This document shows, piece after piece, positions 58,837 through 64,000 of a stretch of 64,000 bases of DNA (its first letter is position 1; the number at the start of each line of letters is the position of its first letter). The stretch is from a virus. The notes beneath the pieces are model-generated. The model had not been told where the DNA came from, ran no database searches, and saw only the letters and a program-made list of their open reading frames with translations. The stretch covers positions 1 to 64,000 of the IMG/VR virus record IMGVR_UViG_3300025466_000012, one strand, 5' to 3'. A program made the position numbers and the translations under genes.

Positions 58837-59988
58837 ATGTACTCAACACAACTATATCTTTATCAGCAGATCACCCAGGTCGTGTGCTTGGACGACTCCG
58901 ACAGTGCTGCATTTTCCTACAGGTATAATCCAGTGTACGCCAAGGTCCTGACCATAAACAAAGGTGTTGACAATGTGCTGTTGTTTGAGTTCATCAACCA
59001 AAACGAAAAACCGGTCAACATAACCGGTAGCACATTTATTTTTCGCGTGATCAATACCCAAGGCGACACTGTGTTGATCGAACAGCCTTTGGTTACATTG
59101 AATGCAGCCACCGGCCGTGCCAAGGTCACCCTGTCGGCTTCGGACCTACTGGAAGTGTTGGCACAGCCTGCATACTACAGCCTGACTCGCACCAGTGGCA
59201 ATCTCACTGAACCGGTTTTTGTTGATGCACAATCAGGCGGTCGTGCACCATTGACTATTGCGGATTCGGTGTTGCCACAGTATACTCCCAGCCGTCCGCT
59301 TACCATACCCACTACCAAGATTTCTGCACAAGGCAGTCCAGACGGCACCAGCGTGGCCAATGCTTCTTACAACGACTGGTACTGGAACGGTAACCCCAAT
59401 GGCGCCAACTACTGGAACAGTTTTGCCATAACCGAATTTTACAGCAGTTTTGTCAAGCCCACACAGGCCATAACCACGGTACAGATGACTTTGGATCACT
59501 ATACCGGCACTATCAAGGCCCAGGCAGCACAGGACTACGAAGCAGTGCCGTTTAATGTGACTGAAAGTGTCACCTATCTCAACTATACCGGAACCATCTA
59601 CCATAACATCGTAGGCTGGTATCCGCTGGTACGCATGTGTTTTAACAACAGCATATTTGCTGTGCCCAACGGGCAAGGCGTCCCAGCCAACGCCTATGCC
59701 TACTGTGTAAACGGTCAGGTTGAAAGCATCACGATCCAAAATGCCGGTCGCGGCTACCTGGCTCCGCCCAAGATCAACATCATTGGTGAAGGATCGGGTG
59801 CCCAAGCCGAAGCCACCATAGATGACACTGGTGCGATTGCATCAATCACGGTGACCAATCCGGGATCAGGCTATTGGTTGGTGCCCAATGCTGGTATCAA
59901 CACTCCGTATTATCCGGTGGCACCCAACAATCAAGGTGCCATGGTCATAATCAGCACCGGATATGTGGTGGACCTTTTCTATAGATAA
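58837..59988 (+). CDS. Virion structural protein (baseplate/tail-associated)
   Basis: ATAAATA at 58824; AGRGY.APP.I.I.G.GSGA.A...VTNPGSGY repeat motif. Confidence 0.6.
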   Translation: MYSTQLYLYQQITQVVCLDDSDSAAFSYRYNPVYAKVLTINKGVDNVLLFEFINQNEKPVNITGSTFIFRVINTQGDTVLIEQPLVTLNAATGRAKVTLSASDLLEVLAQPAYYSLTRTSGNLTEPVFVDAQSGGRAPLTIADSVLPQYTPSRPLTIPTTKISAQGSPDGTSVANASYNDWYWNGNPNGANYWNSFAITEFYSSFVKPTQAITTVQMTLDHYTGTIKAQAAQDYEAVPFNVTESVTYLNYTGTIYHNIVGWYPLVRMCFNNSIFAVPNGQGVPANAYAYCVNGQVESITIQNAGRGYLAPPKINIIGEGSGAQAEATIDDTGAIASITVTNPGSGYWLVPNAGINTPYYPVAPNNQGAMVIISTGYVVDLFYR

Positions 59989-60015
59989 CTGTGACAAAAC
60001 ATGCTATAATACAGC

Positions 60016-60972
60016 ATGATCGATGTGACTGCCTATCTGCCCGGAAGAATCAAACGCAACAGCTCGGGCTGGATCAACTTCGACGCTCCCTGTTGTATCC
60101 ATAATGGTACATCGGCTGACCACAGGAAACGTGGTGGCCTCAAAGTCCAAGAATCTGATTGGATCTATCATTGTTTCAATTGCGGATTTAGCACCAGCTT
60201 TACTCTAGGTCGCACCCTGACTGTGCGAGCACGTCGCGTGCTGGGGTGGCTCAATGTACCTGCGGAAGAAATTGAGCGCATGAATCTAGAAAGTCTACAG
60301 CATAGGGGTGCACTGGGTATCTTGGATGATCGACGCAACATGATGCAACAGCTCAGCAATATCAGATTTGACGAACATTATCTACCGAATCCAACGCAAC
60401 CCCTTGCTGAGGAGGCTGCTACATATCTGACCCGGCGTGCGATTCCATTGGATTATCCGTTCCTGAGTACCGGTATTGGACGACCTGGCATCATAGTACC
60501 GTTCACTCATGATCAAACAGTGGTGGGTCACTCAGTGAGATTCTTGGACAGCAGGATGCCCAAATATATACAACGCACGCAACCGGGCTATGTATTTGGC
60601 ACAGATCTACAACGCGATGCCTGGCACACAGCCATCGTTGTGGAAGGTGTGTTTGATGCACTCAGCATCGATGGCCTAGCAGTTTTGCATGCCGAAATCA
60701 ATGATGCACAAGTGCGTTTGATACGCAGTCTGGAACGCGACGTGATCGTGGTACCTGATCAAGACCTAGCTGGTATGAGTCTGGTGGATCGTGCAGTAGA
60801 ACTGAACTGGGCTGTCAGCATGCCCGAATGGCCCGCCGGAATCAAGGATGTGAATGATGCAGTAATCTGCATGGGGCGAGTGGCTACCTTGCTAACTATC
60901 ATGCAGTCCCGAGAGCACAATCGAGTCAAAATAGAACTAAGGAAACGACAAATTGTTAAAAGATTACGATAA
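60016..60972 (+). CDS. gp61: DNA primase (Zn-binding plus TOPRIM)
   Basis: APCC...YHCFNC; VVEGVFDAL; PDQD.AG; KDVNDA. Confidence 0.85.
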   Translation: MIDVTAYLPGRIKRNSSGWINFDAPCCIHNGTSADHRKRGGLKVQESDWIYHCFNCGFSTSFTLGRTLTVRARRVLGWLNVPAEEIERMNLESLQHRGALGILDDRRNMMQQLSNIRFDEHYLPNPTQPLAEEAATYLTRRAIPLDYPFLSTGIGRPGIIVPFTHDQTVVGHSVRFLDSRMPKYIQRTQPGYVFGTDLQRDAWHTAIVVEGVFDALSIDGLAVLHAEINDAQVRLIRSLERDVIVVPDQDLAGMSLVDRAVELNWAVSMPEWPAGIKDVNDAVICMGRVATLLTIMQSREHNRVKIELRKRQIVKRLR

Positions 60973-61675
60973 ACTTTGGGTATTTGGTGACAGCTATGCC
61001 ACTACAAATTTTTGCGTAGACGCCAAAGATTCTTTCTGGGGATTAACAGCTAATCTACTGTCGACGAACACAATTTTTAATTATGCCTGGCCAGGAAATA
61101 GTTTTGATAGTGTAGTTCATGTCATGATCAGTGAGCAGAATTCATATGATTGGAAAAAAGATTTTTTCCTGATTGGAGTTCCGCCATTGCCCCGACTAAC
61201 TGTAGTCAGTAAAGATGATAAAAAAACAACAATCGGCCATAAGATTGACCCTATTTCTTGGCAAGACGATGCATTCAATGTTTTGTGTCATCACGGTATG
61301 GAAAATATTTCAAGTCATGTAGATAAAAAATTTGCTATACATGAAGACAGCACATGGACCCAAACTCAAGCTATGCGTAATATTTTTTTATTAAATACCT
61401 GGTTAGATTCAAAAAATGCCAACTACTTAATATTGAATTTGTCTGTGGATTTTTATCAAGATAATTCATCTGTTGGAGATTTTTTATTAACACATTGTTT
61501 ATCTCATTCACGCAACATATTGTTCCAGGATGGATACTATTCTATTAATTTAAATGTCAATGAGCCAGCAGATTTTAAACAACACGGATGGATGGGCCAT
61601 CATGGACCTCGGGGTAATAGGCATTATTTTGAAAAATCAATCATACCAGCATTAGAAAGAAATAAATTAATTTAA
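60953..61675 (+). CDS. SGNH/GDSL-like hydrolase or acyltransferase
   Basis: VFGDSY (block I), G.SFD, GHHGPRG; AT-rich. Confidence 0.6.
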   Translation: MLKDYDKLWVFGDSYATTNFCVDAKDSFWGLTANLLSTNTIFNYAWPGNSFDSVVHVMISEQNSYDWKKDFFLIGVPPLPRLTVVSKDDKKTTIGHKIDPISWQDDAFNVLCHHGMENISSHVDKKFAIHEDSTWTQTQAMRNIFLLNTWLDSKNANYLILNLSVDFYQDNSSVGDFLLTHCLSHSRNILFQDGYYSINLNVNEPADFKQHGWMGHHGPRGNRHYFEKSIIPALERNKLI

Positions 61676-61684
61676 AGGAATCGC

Positions 61685-63082
61685 ATGCTTAAAGATTACG
61701 GACTTGAAGTCCAACGCCTGTTCCTAGAAATGATGTTGCAAGACGCAGAAAGCTATGTGCGTGTGCAAAACATCTACAATCCGGAAAACTTTGATAGAAG
61801 CCTAAGATCAGCAGCCCAGTTCATCGCCGACCACAGCGACCAACACAAAACCTTGCCCACAGTGGCACAGATTTCGGCCAGTACCGGAATCGTGCTAGAA
61901 CACTTGCCTGACCTCAACGAAGGGCATTTTGAATGGTTCATGGCCGAGTTTGAGCAGTTTACTAGACGCCAAGAACTGGAACGTGCGATCTTGAAAAGCG
62001 CCGATCTCCTGGAAAAAGGCGAGTACGATCCGGTAGAAAAACTGATCAAGGACGCGGTACAGATCAGTTTGACCAAGGACATGGGCACAGACTACTGGGC
62101 CGATCCCAGAGCCAGGATTGATCGATACTTTAATTCAGGTGGACAAGTCAGCACAGGCTGGCCGCAGATGGATCGTATCTTGTACGGTGGATTCAGCAGA
62201 GGTGAACTCAATATATTTGCTGGTGGATCGGGATCAGGCAAGAGTCTTGTCATGATGAACATAGCCTTGAGCTGGTTGCAGATGGGACTGAGTGGTGTGT
62301 ATGTGAGTCTAGAATTGAGCGAAGAACTGTGTGCGCTCAGGACCGATGCCATGCTGGCTGGCATGAGCACCAAGGAGATCCGCAAGGACATTGACCAAAC
62401 CGAACTCAAGGTCAAGCTGGTCAGTAAAAAAGCCGGACAGTATAGAATCAAGGCCTTGCCGGCACAGAGCAACATCAACGATATCCGCAGTTATATCAAA
62501 GAAGTGCAGGTGCAGACTGGCATACGTGTGGACTTTGTCATGGTTGACTACCTGGATCTCTTGATGCCGGTCAGTGCCAAAGTCAGCCCCAATGACCTAT
62601 TTGTCAAAGACAAGTATGTGAGTGAGGAATTGCGTAACCTGGCCAAGGAACTCAATGTGCTGTTTGTGACAGCAAGTCAGTTGAATAGATCGGCCGTGGA
62701 AGAAGTGGAATTCGATCACAGTCATATATCGGGTGGTATCAGTAAAATCAACACAGCTGACAATGTGTTTGGTATCTTTACCAGTCGAGCCATGCGTGAA
62801 CGTGGCAAGTATCAGATACAATGCATGAAATCTCGTAGCAGTACTGGTGTGGGCATGAAGATTGACCTAGACTACAACATTGAAACCATGCGTATCACAG
62901 ACCCTGGCGAGGAAGAACAAAATAGTTTCAAACGTCCGGGTGGCAACCTCATGGACAGTATCCGTGCCAAGAGTACAGTGACTGCCGCAGATGTGCCGTT
63001 TGAACCAGACAGCGCAGTTGGCGCAGTGGATATACAAAGTGCCAAACTCAAACAATTACTGGGCAAGATCAAGACTGGTTGA
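61685..63082 (+). CDS. gp41: DnaB-like replicative helicase
   Basis: GGSGSGKS, YVSLELSE, VMVDYLDL, TASQLNR, MKSR. Confidence 0.92.
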   Translation: MLKDYGLEVQRLFLEMMLQDAESYVRVQNIYNPENFDRSLRSAAQFIADHSDQHKTLPTVAQISASTGIVLEHLPDLNEGHFEWFMAEFEQFTRRQELERAILKSADLLEKGEYDPVEKLIKDAVQISLTKDMGTDYWADPRARIDRYFNSGGQVSTGWPQMDRILYGGFSRGELNIFAGGSGSGKSLVMMNIALSWLQMGLSGVYVSLELSEELCALRTDAMLAGMSTKEIRKDIDQTELKVKLVSKKAGQYRIKALPAQSNINDIRSYIKEVQVQTGIRVDFVMVDYLDLLMPVSAKVSPNDLFVKDKYVSEELRNLAKELNVLFVTASQLNRSAVEEVEFDHSHISGGISKINTADNVFGIFTSRAMRERGKYQIQCMKSRSSTGVGMKIDLDYNIETMRITDPGEEEQNSFKRPGGNLMDSIRAKSTVTAADVPFEPDSAVGAVDIQSAKLKQLLGKIKTG

Positions 63083-63136
63083 TTGGGACTCGATTGATCA
63101 GTGATCCATAAATAATAAAAAGATCCTGGACCCCAT

Positions 63137-63385
63137 ATGCAAAAGAAAACTCGTAGTATCCTGGAAGAACTAGAAAATCTCTATGCCGAGCGAGACAGCC
63201 GTCACGTGATCGAAAATCGTGCTGCCAACGTGATTGCCAGCGCCATACGCTTGCTGGAACAGATTGATTCCAGCTATACCAGCGAGCAGGCCGAAAATCT
63301 ACAACGCAAGTTGATCAATGCCATACGATTGAGAGATCCAGCCAAGTTCACCAGAACCGTGAGACGCACCGATGCAAATTCATGA
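63137..63385 (+). CDS. Hypothetical protein
   Basis: ATAAATA at 63108; 82 aa. Confidence 0.7.
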   Translation: MQKKTRSILEELENLYAERDSRHVIENRAANVIASAIRLLEQIDSSYTSEQAENLQRKLINAIRLRDPAKFTRTVRRTDANS

Positions 63386-64000
63386 ACTGACTCTATCGCG
63401 CAAGCCGCAACTGAATGAAATCTTTGGCTTGGGCAAAAGCAAACAAGACAAAATAAATGCCCAGGCGGCCAAGTACGCCGGCAAATTACAAAAAAAAGTC
63501 AGCCAAAATGCAGGAACCACAGCACCATTGCAGACCGATGCCACACGCATGGCACAGGCCTCGGCCAAATTCCACGCCAATCCGGCTGCCCAACAATGGG
63601 TCAATAATGCTGTGGCCAAGTGGCCATCCGCAGCTGCAACTATAAAAGCCCAGGCACAACCCACAACAACCAACGCACCTGTGGCTTCGGCTTCCACTGC
63701 TGGCTCGGCTCCGGTCAGTATAGGTGGACAAACGCTGGATCCCAACAATCCGGCCCACGCACAGATACTGAGTCAGATGAAAAAACAGGGTATTTCAGAA
63801 GCCGCTGCCGGAGACAATTATGCCACACTGTTCCGCACCTGGGCCAATCAACAGCTCAGAACTGTCACACTGGATGCGCTAGAGCAGAATGCTGAGGTCA
63901 AAAACAAGCTAGAGTCGCTGATAACCCAGATCGAAGCCACGCAGAACAATTTGCCAGCCCAGACCAAATTGGTGGCTGAGTTTTTGAGTACGGCCGTGAT
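63372..64000 (+). CDS. 3'-truncated ORF (MQIHELTLSRKPQLNEIFGLG...), putative head-internal protein; not in the ORF track
   Basis: Translated by hand: open from ATG 63372 to the window end; LNE and QGISEA sites. Confidence 0.7.
   Translation, partial: MQIHELTLSRKPQLNEIFGLGKSKQDKINAQAAKYAGKLQKKVSQNAGTTAPLQTDATRMAQASAKFHANPAAQQWVNNAVAKWPSAAATIKAQAQPTTTNAPVASASTAGSAPVSIGGQTLDPNNPAHAQILSQMKKQGISEAAAGDNYATLFRTWANQQLRTVTLDALEQNAEVKNKLESLITQIEATQNNLPAQTKLVAEFLSTAV

Noticed and set aside
1-64000. Stop-codon reassignment
   Set aside because: Core genes are intact under the standard code, and TAA, TAG and TGA all terminate genes
1-64000. tRNA or rRNA genes
   Set aside because: No cloverleaf or rRNA-like segment recognised, and intergenic gaps are short; tRNAscan-SE was not run

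Overview
64-kb segment of a large T4-superfamily-like myovirus (about 45-50% GC by eye, standard genetic code, almost all genes on the + strand). Left to right: (1) 1-17.2 kb, Gly/Asn/Thr/Ala-rich repetitive tail-fibre/adhesin genes; (2) 17.3-20.2 kb, putative glycan-modifying genes; (3) an inverted block (Nudix, gp15-like, gp14-like); (4) gp13, a 3'-5' exonuclease, an HNH gene, dNMP kinase, tail sheath and tube, gp4-like nuclease, small terminase, acidic putative head-internal proteins, a signal-peptide-bearing nuclease, large terminase and a 988-aa protein with an internal cassette array; (5) a replication/recombination region (gp32, UvsX, UvsY, AAA ATPase, UvsW, possible clamp-loader subunit, a miniature family-C polymerase, primase, gp41 helicase) interrupted by AT-rich accessory genes. 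Most notable: UvsW is fractured inside its DECH motif by a naturally split intein, with a free-standing TnsA/gp4-fold endonuclease between the halves whose late promoter and start codon form a hairpin. Also notable: an in-frame array of about 200-bp modules bounded by a 15-17 bp repeat encoding (Q/E)GVAE; a 188-aa DnaE-like catalytic core; an HNH insertion that strands the dNMP kinase start codon; and many apparently leaderless promoter-ATG junctions. All product calls rest on motifs recognised by eye; no searches were run.
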